Shown in pieces: positions 1 to 11,900 of a stretch of DNA of 64,000 nt. Within the stretch, counting starts at the first letter, position 1, and every line of letters begins with the position of its first letter. The notes under the pieces are model-generated. The model was not told the origin of the DNA and did not search any database. It saw only the letters and a list, made by a program, of their open reading frames with translations. The stretch lies in contig NC_134029.1 in NCBI RefSeq assembly GCF_964204645.1, positions 2,914,001 to 2,978,000 of the forward strand, in the 5' to 3' direction. The stretch is from Tubulanus polymorphus (taxonomy: Eukaryota; Animalia; Nemertea). Position numbers and translations under genes: made by a program.

Positions 1-60
1 TGGAACCGGGTAGGAAATGCTATTGCATCGTGGATGAAGAATGGAATGTAATGTAGTTAC

Positions 61-2836
61 CTGTTGTACAAGTTGTTCCAGAGAACCCAGTCTTACAGCG
101 ACAGTAGTACCCCTGCCCTGCGGCCCTCTGAACACAGGTACCTCCATTTTTACAAGGGTTTGAAGCGCATTCATTCACATCTGAGATTTTAAAACATTAA
201 ATTTCAAAACATTAAATTGTAAAACATTATGATCAAATTAGCTGAGCAAAATGTTATTGAACTTTTTGATGAAGAATGATCATTTTACCTGTGGTACAAG
301 TAGTTCCAGAGAACCCAGTCTTACAGCTACAGTAGTAACCCTGTCCTGCAGCCCTCTGTCTACAGGTGCCTCCATTCTTACACGGGTTTGATGCACATTC
401 GTTCACATCTGAAATTTGTTCATGATTTCAACACGGGTTGAGAACATCATGAATTTGCTGAACAAAATGTTATTGAATCCTTGATAAAGAATGGTTTTAC
501 CTGTGGTACAAGTTGTTCCGGAGAACCCAGTCTTACAGCGACAGTAGTAACCCTGTCCCGCAGCCCTTTGTACACAGGTACCTCCATTCTTACAAGGCGC
601 TGATGCGCATTCATTCACATCTGAAATAAGTAATCATTCCACTCTAGATTGATTTCAAATAGAATCGATTCACGTTTTTCGTATGATTTGTAATATCATT
701 TCACCTGTTGTACAAGTAGTTCCAGAGAACCCAGTCTTGCAGCTACAGTAGTAACCCTGTCCTGCAGCCCTCTGTTTACAGGTACCTCCATTCTTACACG
801 GGTTTGATGCACATTCGTTCACATCTCAAAAACGAAATTTGATTTTAATAATTAAGATTAATTTCTACAGCTCCATCCATCTATTGGTGCTATCTATTTG
901 GAATTTACCTGTTGTACAAGTAGTTCCAGAGAACCCGGTCTTACAGCGACAGTAATAACCCTGTCCTGCAGCCCTCTGTACACAGGTACCACCATTCTTA
1001 CAAGGTCTTGGTGCGCATTCGTTCACATCTGAGATTTAGAATATTTTCAATGAATTTGCTGAACACGTTTTTGTCGAATCATTGATAAAGAATGGTTGTT
1101 TTACCTGTTGTACAAGTAGTTCCAGAGAACCCAGTCTTACAGCGACAGTAGTAACCCTGTCCCGCAGCCCTCTGTGTACAGGAACCTCCATTCTTACACG
1201 GGTTTGGTGCACATTCGTTCACATCTAAGATTTAGAATATTATGTATTATGTTTGTAACATCACTAAACTAGTAAAACAGGACCCAGTTCCACAATTCAT
1301 GGTCAAGTTTGACTCCAGAGAAAGATTTTGATTACTGTTTTCAATGTTGAAATAGAGATTAGTTTTACGCTAGTCAGATCTTAATCACACCTTTGGAACC
1401 GGGTAGGAAATGCTATTGCATCGTGGATAAAGAATGGAATGTAATGTAGTTTTACCTGTTGTACAAGTTGTTCCGGAGAACCCAGTCTTACAGCGACAGT
1501 AGTACCCCTGCCCTGCGGCCCTCTGAACACAGGTACCTCCATTTTTACAAGGGTTTGAAGCGCATTCATTCACATCTGAGATTTTAAAACATTAAATTTT
1601 AAAACATTAAATTTTAAAACATTATGATCAAATTAGCTGAGCAAAATGTTATTTAACTTTTTGATGAAGAATGATCATTTCACCTGTTGTACAAGTAGTT
1701 CCAGAGAACCCAGTCTTACAGCTACAGTAGTAACCCTGTCCTGCAGCCCTCTGTCTACAGGTACCTCCATTCTTACAAGGGTTTGATGCACATTCGTCCA
1801 CATCTGTAATTATTTTATGATTTCAAACCGGGTTGAGAACATCATGGATGAATTTGCTGAACAAAATGTTATTGAATCCTTGAAAAAGAATGGTTTTACC
1901 TGTCTTACAAGTTGTTCCAGAGAACCCAGTCTTACAGCGACAGTAGTAACCCTGCCCTGCGGGCCTCTGAACACAGGTACCTCCATTTTTACAAGGGTTT
2001 GAAGCGCATTCATTCACATCTGAGATTTTAAAACATTAAATTGTAAAACATTATGATCAAATTAGCTGAGCAAAAAGTTATTGAACTTTTTGATGAAGAA
2101 TGATCATTTTACCTGTGGTACAACTAGTTCCAGAGAACCCGGTCTTACAGCTACAGTAGTAACCCTGTCCTGCAGCCCTCTGTCTACAGGTACCTCCATT
2201 CTTACAAGGGTTTGATGCACATTCGTTCACATCTCAAAAGCGAAAGTTGTTTTTAATAATTAAGAGTAATTTCTACGGCTCCATCCATCTATTGGTGCTA
2301 TTTATTTGGAATTTACCTGTTGTACAAGTAGTTCCAGAGAACCCAGTCTTACAGCGACAGTAATAACCCTTTCCCGCAGCCCTCTGTACACAGGTACCTC
2401 CATTCTTACAAGGCCTTGGTGCACATTCGTTCACATCTCAAAAGCGAAAGTTGATTTTAATAATTAAGATTAATTTCTACAGCTCCATCCATCTATTGGT
2501 GCTATTTATTTGGAATTTACCTGTTGTACAAGTAGTTCCAGAGAACCCGGTCTTACAGCGACAGTAATAACCCTGTCCTGCAGCCCTCTGTACACAAGTA
2601 CCACCATTCTTACAAGGTCTTGGTGCGCATTCGTTCACATCTGAGATTAAGAATATTATCAATGAATTTGCTGAACACGTTTTTGTCGAATCATTGATAA
2701 AGAATGGTTGTTTTACCTGTTTTACAAGTTGTTCCAGAGAACCCGGTCTTACAGCGACAGTAGTAACCCTGTCCCGCAGCCCTCTGTGTACAGGTACCCC
2801 CATTCTTACACGGGTTTGTTGCGCATTCGTTCACAT
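61..2836 (-). repeat. Tandem array of 13 near-identical 120-nt EGF exons with homogenised introns
   Basis: Exons at 2717-2836, 2521-2640, 2317-2436, 2113-2232, 1900-2019, 1684-1803, 1456-1575, 1105-1224, 909-1028, 705-824, 501-620, 289-408 and 61-180. Consensus [40 protein letters not shown]. Intron sequences recur; 1-500 matches about 1393-1900. Confidence 0.95.
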
Positions 2837-4947
2837 CTGAAATGGATCATTATACAGAAAAATTTTCCTAAAAATAGAGGAAGAATTCGAACTCTTTCAT
2901 TTTTCCTACGCACTCATATCTAAAGTCCGGGGTTTCTGTATGATTTCACGTAGGACTCACTTTCGTAGAGTTAAGAATCGTAAATGTTAAAATCAAATTA
3001 AACCTAATGAAATAGCAATTATGATTGCATTTAAATGTTTTACCATTGGCGCATGTATCTCCGGCATATCCAGAAGCACATTCACAGCTGTATGTCAATG
3101 GTCCAATTTTTGAGCACTTTCCTCCGTGTTTGCACGGTTTCGACTGACAAGGGTCAACTAAAAATAACAGTGATCACAATTCAATGATTTTTTTTTTACT
3201 GAATTAAGAATGTAACCAAATAGAAATATTAGATTCAAGGTTGAATCGTGTAAGTAGTTTAATTGGCCGAGTGGTCTAAACTTCTGCTTCCATCTATTAG
3301 TTTAGTCACCTGCGAGTTTGATACTACCATAGTTACGTTTTTATTGAACTTTCATCTACTACTACGTACTAATTACGCACGAATGTTTTTCAGCCCATAA
3401 TCAATTTCTTTTTTGGAAAAATTGCATTCAATCTAATAGACGGGTATCCAAACTGTAATATCCGGTTCGATGTGAGCTATATCAAGTTGGCTGAGCTATA
3501 ATTCAACTCAGCTGAGAGGATCACAGGTTCGAATCACATTTTGATACTTTCCTTTCGGTCAAAAAAATAAATTCGATTGCCTTCGTTTCATTGTCGAAAT
3601 TTAGTTTTCTGTTAAAATCTGATTCTAATAATAATTGGTGAATATTTGATATAATCTTACTGCAGTATCCCCATTCTCCAGGTGTATCTGTATTACACCA
3701 TGGACGGCCTGGTGAGCCATTCTCTGTACATTTTTCATAAACCACACCATTATATGTATAGGGGAACATACAACCGGAGCCTTCTTTCGCATTTCCGCCA
3801 TCAGTCGCTGAATTAAAAAGAATATGTTAATAACTGTAGCTGACTGGGATTTTATATATATTGAAGCTCAGTTTCGTCGAGATTTTAAGCTCTTTGACTA
3901 TTGTGTGAATTAATATATAACCAAATATATGCCACCAAAATGATAATCGGCAAAATTACCTATCTGCATTGGCATAATTACTGATTAGAATAGCGTCATC
4001 ATTTAGATATGTTCACTTACCAACGGCTTCAAACTGACAGGTTCTACCCGTGTATCTCGCGGGGCAAGCGCATCGTGACCCGGCGACTGTTTCTATACAA
4101 TGACCTCCGTGTTCACAGGGATTATCTTTACAATGTAGAACGACCACATCAGCTAGAAAATAACATCAAAAACTGTTAAAACGCTACGATTCAAGATTCA
4201 TGTCATACAAAAACTGCCAATGTTTCTGAGCTAGGAAATCTTGTTCACTTCATCTATTGACTATTATCTTTACTCACGGCAGTACTGCCATTTAGGATGG
4301 GTGTCATAGTTAGCAGTAGTAGAACACCAGCTTCCATCTCCCCACGGTTGACATTCCTTGAATGTATGTCCCTGATAGATAAACGGTAAAACGCAAAATT
4401 TTCCGAGATCCTTCACTGTCAAAAAAGAACATCAAAACATCATTTTCCGACAAATTCTTATAACATATCAGTGAATTTCGGCCGTGATTTGGATTAGCGA
4501 GACTCAATCTATTCACTTGTTATGACGTAATGAATTATGACCAGTATTTAACGCGATACTTACAGCAGTAACCCCACTCTTTATCGGTATCATAGTTAGA
4601 AGTGGTCGCGCACCAAATATTTCTCGAATTTATTTCGGTACATTCGTAGTGTCGTCTGCCCTGATAGATGAAAGGGAAAACGCATTCCCTGTTACCGGAG
4701 TTACCTCCCTTTGTTGCTGAAAAAAAAATAATTTTCGTCATAATTTTTTCCAGTGTACGAATATGAATAATCAGCTATTTCGAGCGAAGCATTAATCAAC
4801 ACGGGTCGTTCTTAATAGTCGTTCTTAAACTCGGAATGTTGTGTATTTATTGGCTATGCTTTGTTCTGAAACTTTACCGATTTTAAGCTGTCCAAATGCA
4901 AGACAGATTAAGGTAGATGATACCAACAAGCTAAATGAAACTTTCAT
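61..4947 (-). CDS. Secreted multi-exon FN2/EGF-repeat protein: signal peptide-FN2-FN2-EGF-FN2-EGF-(EGF)x13+; 3' end lies beyond the left window edge
   Basis: ATG at 4947 ([23 protein letters not shown], hydrophobic leader). Phase-1 exons 4878-4947, 4564-4716 (FN2: [26 protein letters not shown]), 4278-4415 (FN2), 4021-4152 (EGF), 3661-3807 (FN2), 3044-3157 (EGF), then 13 120-nt EGF exons. All have GT/AG borders and an open frame. Probable non-coding exon 1 has a donor near 5110. Confidence 0.9.
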
Positions 4948-6151
4948 TGTGAATATTGTCCTGAAAAAAAAGATGGAGCGGAAAAATGAAAATGAATACC
5001 CGATGACCTGAAGTCAGAAGGGTTAAACCGAATTCATTTTAAAATTTGAGGGTTTGTTATATATATTTACCCCCGATTTCACATTTTTGATAGAAATTTT
5101 AAGATCTTACCTCTCCGAACTCTGAAGGGCCGGGGGCTACCTGCGGTAAATGACAAAGATACGTGTTCATGGTATTCTATTTATATGATGCATCATAAAA
5201 GTCCAGATGTCGTGAAGATAAACATCAGAAATCATGATGACCATTGAGTAAATTTGAGGAACATGTGCAGTATTTATTTAAATTGGAAACAGATGAGAGA
5301 TGGCCATCGATTATTGATTTGTGGGATGATTATCCTGTTATCAGGTTTCAAACTTCGATTGCAAGTAAATTTCACTGATTTGAATATGAATTTATCGATC
5401 AAACCCATGAAAATAGAAGAAGATGTCTTAGTATGTTGTTCTTTTCCTTTTTCACTTTTTCTTCATCCCACATCCAAGGAATAAGTATGGATAATATGAA
5501 TAGTTTGAAAAAAAAAAACACCCAATTAGAATGATCGTGTATTTCAACCGATTCTTATGTTCCTACTAAACTTAATAAACAACGCAATGACTTCATAGGA
5601 AATAAAGGACCGGTTTGAGCCGTGTGAAACAGGGTCGTTGGTTGTCGTTCTATTGATAGAACGGAATGCTGAAAAATCATGTCACCTTTAGATGAAACGG
5701 AAAACCAGTTTTTCACAGTGAACGGAACTTGTTGTTTGTGACAAGTATAGAACAGTGTTATGTGACTGGGACTAAGGGATTTCTATGTGTATCTGGTCAA
5801 CGCCTAATATACACATATATACACACAATACTGATCCATCTGAACAGAGAGAGAATATTTCATAAGTTGCAGGTAAGATACCGAACTAAATTGATTTATT
5901 TTCTGTGAGTGATGACAATAAGTGATATATTCTTGTAATATTCGTGTTTAAAAGCCACTGATTCTGCTTTGGATATATAGAATACGTCTTTATCGGGGCT
6001 CAGCTCTGACTCGTAACTGTGGATTTGGGTAGAAAATTACGGAATGTTTTTCTTATTTTTCATCAAATCTGTTTATATCGATCAATGTCTACTGAAATTC
6101 TCATTCATCTGTTGTTTATATTTTCTGTATTTAGACAGAGCGCACACAACG

Positions 6152-6946
6152 ATGGAAGTTCATCAATATTCTGAGACGACTCGTATTTATCACAGCAATT
6201 ATGTGAGAAATTCGAGAGCAATCGGAGTCATGTGGGGAATATTCACCATCTGTTTCGCTATAATAAACATCGTCGTATTCATCCAACCTCAATGGATCGG
6301 TGATACCCCGACCAGTCCCGGTACTGGCTACTTCGGATTATTTGAGTACTGCGAGTTATACCAGACCGGTCATGAACTCAAGTGTACTGGTAGATTCGAT
6401 GATTTCACTACGATTTTGCACCCAGCTTTCAAAGCGGCTTCATTTTTTGTCGGATTTTCCGCGTTGTTGATTCTGATTTGTATTTGCTGTATGCTGTTGT
6501 TCCTTTTTATGAGCACAAGTTTGGTTTTCATGATTTGTGGGGTGATGCAAGTAATTGCCGGTATATGTATGTTTCTGGGTTGTATTGTATATCCAGCAGG
6601 CTGGGGCTCTGAGGAAGTGAAAGGTGTTTGTGGCTCGACCGCTAAATTCAACAGAGCCGACTGCGGAATTCGTTGGGCTTACATCCTCGCTATCATCGGT
6701 ATCTTCGACGCTCTGGTTCTGGCGACTTTGGCCTTCGTTCTAGCCTCGCGACAAGCTAAGCTGCTTCCAGAAGGATACACACCCGCTACTGGTACCCTTA
6801 CGAAATCTGATTATGACTACATCGAGAAGGAATCGCTGTCGAAGCATTCGGAAGGAATCCACCCAGTCCTAACTGTTCCAGAGGGTGACGCTCGATCACA
6901 TTACTCATCAGTGGCCCGTTCCCATCATTCGGACTTTGCTTTGTAA
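6152..6946 (+). CDS. LHFPL tetraspan (LHFPL3/4/5, TMHS-like) protein, 264 aa, single coding exon
   Basis: MEVHQYSETTRIYHSNYVRNSRAIGVMWGIFTICFAIINIVVFIQPQWIGD..GYFGLF..YPAGW..CGIRWAYILAIIG is the LHFPL signature with four hydrophobic helices. 5'UTR intron at about 5873-6134; AATAAA near 7420. The specific paralogue cannot be assigned by eye. Confidence 0.93.
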   Translation: MEVHQYSETTRIYHSNYVRNSRAIGVMWGIFTICFAIINIVVFIQPQWIGDTPTSPGTGYFGLFEYCELYQTGHELKCTGRFDDFTTILHPAFKAASFFVGFSALLILICICCMLLFLFMSTSLVFMICGVMQVIAGICMFLGCIVYPAGWGSEEVKGVCGSTAKFNRADCGIRWAYILAIIGIFDALVLATLAFVLASRQAKLLPEGYTPATGTLTKSDYDYIEKESLSKHSEGIHPVLTVPEGDARSHYSSVARSHHSDFAL

Positions 6947-8972
6947 ACAATCGCAGTTTTATTAATGGGGCTGAATTTTGACTTTAACCTTCGAAAAAAA
7001 TATTTGCTTTCGCTGCTCAATCAAATTCATAACTGATGAAGTTAAAGTTATCCCTTTTATAAAACCAAGCGCCAAAAAAAAAGAACTGACAAACAAGAAA
7101 AGACAGTGACGTTTTTAAACTTTGTGTGTTTCAAGTGCAGATCAGAAAATGAAATACTTAATATCTACGATTATAGTAAAATTATATATCAAACAATAAT
7201 AAAGGACCTCTTTGATGTAAAACTGCGTAGCACATAATGGCGGAATTTTTGAGAACGATAAAAAGCAGTTCGTAGTAAAAGGCTTTATCTTACATCTTTT
7301 GTAACTAAATTCATATAAAGCTCTTTGTGATGAAATATTCTAAATTTGCGAATCAATTCATATCATGTTAACGTTATCTTTATTCACCAAACATTTTGTA
7401 TGTATCAAATTAGTGGAATAATAAATGTTTTGGATGCTTTTTAGTTGAAGATAAAATGGTCATTTTTGATATCGGTGTTGACTGTTGTCAGGGAGTTCTC
7501 TGTGTCAATTGACCGGTTTCCTCAGAGGCCAAAGAGGGGATGGATGGATGACCTCTTTCCTCGGGGTCAGTCGGGAATGGATGACCACTCATTACAGTGT
7601 CAGTCGTTCGACAACGGTGGTATATCACAAGTGGCGGTAAGTATTTCAGGCGCAATGAGGTCTAACATATTGACCACTACAGAGTGAATAATCAAGTATT
7701 TGCGTGAACTTGACTCATAGTCATCAGTTTTACGAGTGCCTCCGTTCATCCAGCTTTTACACTGACAGTGTGGTGGCTGCTGTGATTTCGGTGCCCAGGA
7801 AAAGGTCGTTTTCAGTTGCTCCCCGCAGTAGCGGCGTAGTTGAGACCACTGGCCAGTGTGAATATATTAATTACCACTCCGAATTAGAATATACATAGAT
7901 TTGATAAATTTATTCATTCAGAAATAATGATTATCATAGAATTGAATATACATATAGAAGTATAAATCAACAAAGACGGATTCAGAACAGTAGAAAGGCC
8001 AAACAATCAACTTTCGTTTGTATAAAGGTCTTCACACGTGACATCGTAGTTTGTTTGTCAATGTTGGAATAATTTTCATCATCACTCCGGACTTATTACA
8101 TACATAAAATCTTTCAATCATGATTTCTTTGAAATAGAATTGAATTGGAGACTTGCCATACATAATAGCAAAATACAATCTGTGGATTGGGAAAATTACT
8201 TGGCTGCAAGACCTCTATAGTACATGTATACAGTGATACATGTACATATATAATATAATAACATACATAATGATACATACTAATTGACACAAAGTTTCCT
8301 CTAAAACTATCTACGTTGCAGTCCCACTTTGGCAATTCACCAATCACCATGGTCCACATACTCTGCATCTTCCAATAGATATTTCGAATAAATTATCATT
8401 TATACATATTTAGACACCGCGCGTACACTCCTTTCGTAGTGGTTCAGCAGCTAACCAGCCTCCAGTTTTACTGGGTTTCTCATTACAAAAGGAGTGTAAT
8501 ACATATCGTGTTAAGTCATTATGCTAGTTATTGTCAATACACACTCTGTGACAAATACACCCAACATTCATTACTAAAAAATACTTTAAATCAGGCGAAC
8601 AAAGTGTCCATAGTATTTTGATATTCTGAGAAATTTAAATTCATCAAAATCATAATCCAACAGACCGAGTGATCGGCTAACAGCTTAAATTTCTTACTTT
8701 GAATTCCAATACAACAATAGCGAAATTGATATAAGAAATACAGTGGAACCTTGAAGCTCGAAAATTCAAATATTCGTCATAGAAATTACATCAAAAAGAA
8801 ACATTTAGGCACCTAAAAATTTACGCATACTCGATTATAACAGTTATAAAAGTTTAATTCGATATTGTAGCAAAAATTGCTTTTGACGGGTAGAAAATGG
8901 AATGAAAGTGCGTTCACATTGGAACAACTGTGAACATAGTCAATTCATTCTCAATGAGATAATTTCAATGCA

Positions 8973-11900
8973 CTACTCTGCAGCTTGATTCTCAAAAAGA
9001 TTTGGATGGAATTTTTCCAGCGCGTGTTGCATAGCCCAGATACATAGAGGACGCATATAACCTAATGACCGATAGATGTTTCCTTCCATGTAGGCTTCAG
9101 GAGTTTGATATTGTAGTCCCATCGTTTCCCAACACGTTCTATAAACACCTTCAGCTGTTTTGAAACCTTCTTCAACCATTCCCTACAAAACGAAAATTGT
9201 AATTGGTAATTGAATATTAGCACTAACCAGACTCTCTTTTTAATGCAGCCATTCAGATGCAGTAATTCATACGCTACATCATACACTGCCTCTGCGCTAC
9301 TAGCATTGTCACTCATGACTCCGTACTCGTGCCTAGTCTGGACCAGAGGTAATACTGCTCATACAATGATTAAGAAAACTTGCCTGTTGTATCATAGTAG
9401 CAGCTGCAGCGTAGATTATACCACACCAGAACTCCTCAGCCTGTGTACTAGAATGATCTTTCCGTCCATTCGGTCTCATTCCGTTGATCGCACCCATACG
9501 CCCATTCGAAACTTTCATCACGTTGTTCTCGTAAATCATCTTCAACGCACTCAAAACATGATCTTTCGGGAAGATCTAACATAAATATACAATGATTGAT
9601 AACATCAAGATTACTTCTTCTGGACCCACTCAGCAGTACAATCGATGAATTGAGTTTAAATTGATCCCATTGCCCGCTCGGTTGTGTAATTATTTTCAGA
9701 AATAAATGCAGATAGGAGGTCGGAATAGAATCTTTTAAATTCATCAAAATAATTTATTGCGTGCTTACAGTATTATCTTCAATTCCTGATGCTTGAAGGA
9801 ACCAATAACCTGATAACTGATCTGTCATTATACTGTCATGATACCCAGATGAACTACTGTCATAGTTATAGTAACTGCCTGTAATTAAAACATAAATTTG
9901 TAACATTAAATGAATACAGAAGAATCCTCGCTGCAAACAGACAAGTAGAACATGTTTACCATTCCACAGTTTCTCTTCAAATGAACGTTTTCCTTTGTCT
10001 AAAAGAGCAGCAAATTCTTGAGTTTCCTCCGAACAACCAAGAATATCAGATATAGTGCATAACATCTTCAACGCAGCCAACCACAATCCACCGCAGTATG
10101 AACTATTCAACAAAAATACATCCTCTTAAATAGTTTTGCACTCTTGATTTCTAATTGGGAGACAGCACTGAATCAAATCTAATGATCTATCAAACACAAA
10201 GAGTGTTAAGAATGTTTTACCTGGCCCCGCAAACAGTCCATGCATCATAGGTTTGATCGGCAAATCCTCCATTATCGATGATACCATCATTATCAGTATC
10301 CCAACGTTTAGCAAACTCCATCACTGCCTGGAATAACAACACATCACTGTAATGCGGGCACAGTTCTACTCTCGAACAGTTTCCAAATGTACCGAAACCT
10401 TCTAAATAATCATAGAGTTTATACCTTAACTTGCGGAAATAAGTCTCTCAAATATTGTTCGTCTTTAGTCACTGAATAATCGCGGAACACTTGTAAAACA
10501 AACTTCAAGTTCAAATCTTTCCAGTCACTGGTTGGATGAACTACATACGCGTTTAATTTCTTCCACGGTTCATCCTCTGAAATAACACAATATTAGCCTT
10601 CATCAGTTTATTACCAGTAATCGATTGAATGATTGATAAAGAACCCAGTTCCTGCAGTTGAGTACGGTAATAACATTTGAGGCAACTGAACCGAGGTCTA
10701 GTTGAACCCGATAACATAACTGTGTTCATAAAAAAAACTGTTGCCATCCATCTACATATCTGAAATAAAACATCAAATAAATGGAATGCACTGGATCCTT
10801 CGTGTCCCTTAAAGTGCACTTAAAAATGTATCGACGTATGTTACATTATATTTATAAAATAAATATACTATTCGATATAAATACATTTACAGTTGAAGTG
10901 TGAGTTTACCTCAGCAGTTCTAATGAATTTCATTTTATATGTATTCAGTGAATCTGAGGTAAACAACATAATTCCATCGCTATCAACTGAAATCAACATC
11001 ACAGGAGCTAGAATACAATATAACTGATACGAAACTAAACTAGGAAATTCTACGCAGCATTTGAAAATGAGAACTTATAGAAGAGAAAGAAAATAGTCTA
11101 TAGACAGTTGCATAAAGCTTGATATTCATGGCAAAAAAGTAATTTATCATTATTTTACCAATTGCAAATTGATAAATGTGAAACTGTTGATAGAGACTTG
11201 AAAATAATGACTGTGGCTGATAACATAACAACAAAATCGAATAGTTTTTCAAAGCAACTAAATCCATTTACATGTAAATGTATATAATATAATGACAACT
11301 ACATGAATTTAGTAGATAACGTGTATGAATTAGTCTCTCAAAGTTCATTGTTATATTGATTAGAAATAACTATGGAAACTACCCAGCAAATAAAATCACA
11401 GTCACATACACATTATCATTCATCTTTGATTGCATAAGAAAGGCTCAGCCTGATGATAGAATAACCAGAGGCCACGGTGTGTCTGGTCAGAACACGGAGT
11501 CAGTTGTTGAAACACTGGTAAACATCGAAAACAACTGGTTCCTGAACACCGAAGACTCGCGATAGAAAATACACAGAGAGTGGTGACTAGAACTTACATA
11601 AAGAGCTAAAGAACTGGACTTGTGTAACCTGTAACATCGAGTAAATGATGAAATAAAACAAGAAGTGAATTCAAACAACCTTCAAAAACGTATATAGAGA
11701 AATCGCTATCGATATGTATAGAGCAGTTAAACTAACAAACAAACCTGGATCTCCGAAATCATGAGGCACCGTATTCTTTAGTTTTAAAGCTGATCGGTCT
11801 CCGTTCATCTGATATTTGATGACCTTCGTGTCTTCACGCAGAATAGCGTTACCTTCAAGATGAAACACGTTCGTGGTGTTTATTATTGCTCTGAATTGCC

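Noticed and set aside
61-2836. Regular repeat-spacer pattern resembling a CRISPR array
   Set aside because: The repeats are 120-nt coding exons bounded by AG/GT, the spacers recur as introns, there are no cas genes, and the context is eukaryotic.
7480-7900. Slightly GC-richer intergenic tract with repeated GACCACT and short ORFs
   Set aside because: No recognisable domain, splice pattern or termini; motif recurrence is too weak to call.
9250-9320. Possible C/D-box snoRNA in the last GBA2 intron (ATGAGTGA...CAGA...ATGATG...CTGA on the minus strand)
   Set aside because: Box C is non-canonical, I see no convincing rRNA complementarity, and the segment is bracketed by CCAGACT/AGTCTGG inverted ends more typical of a small MITE.
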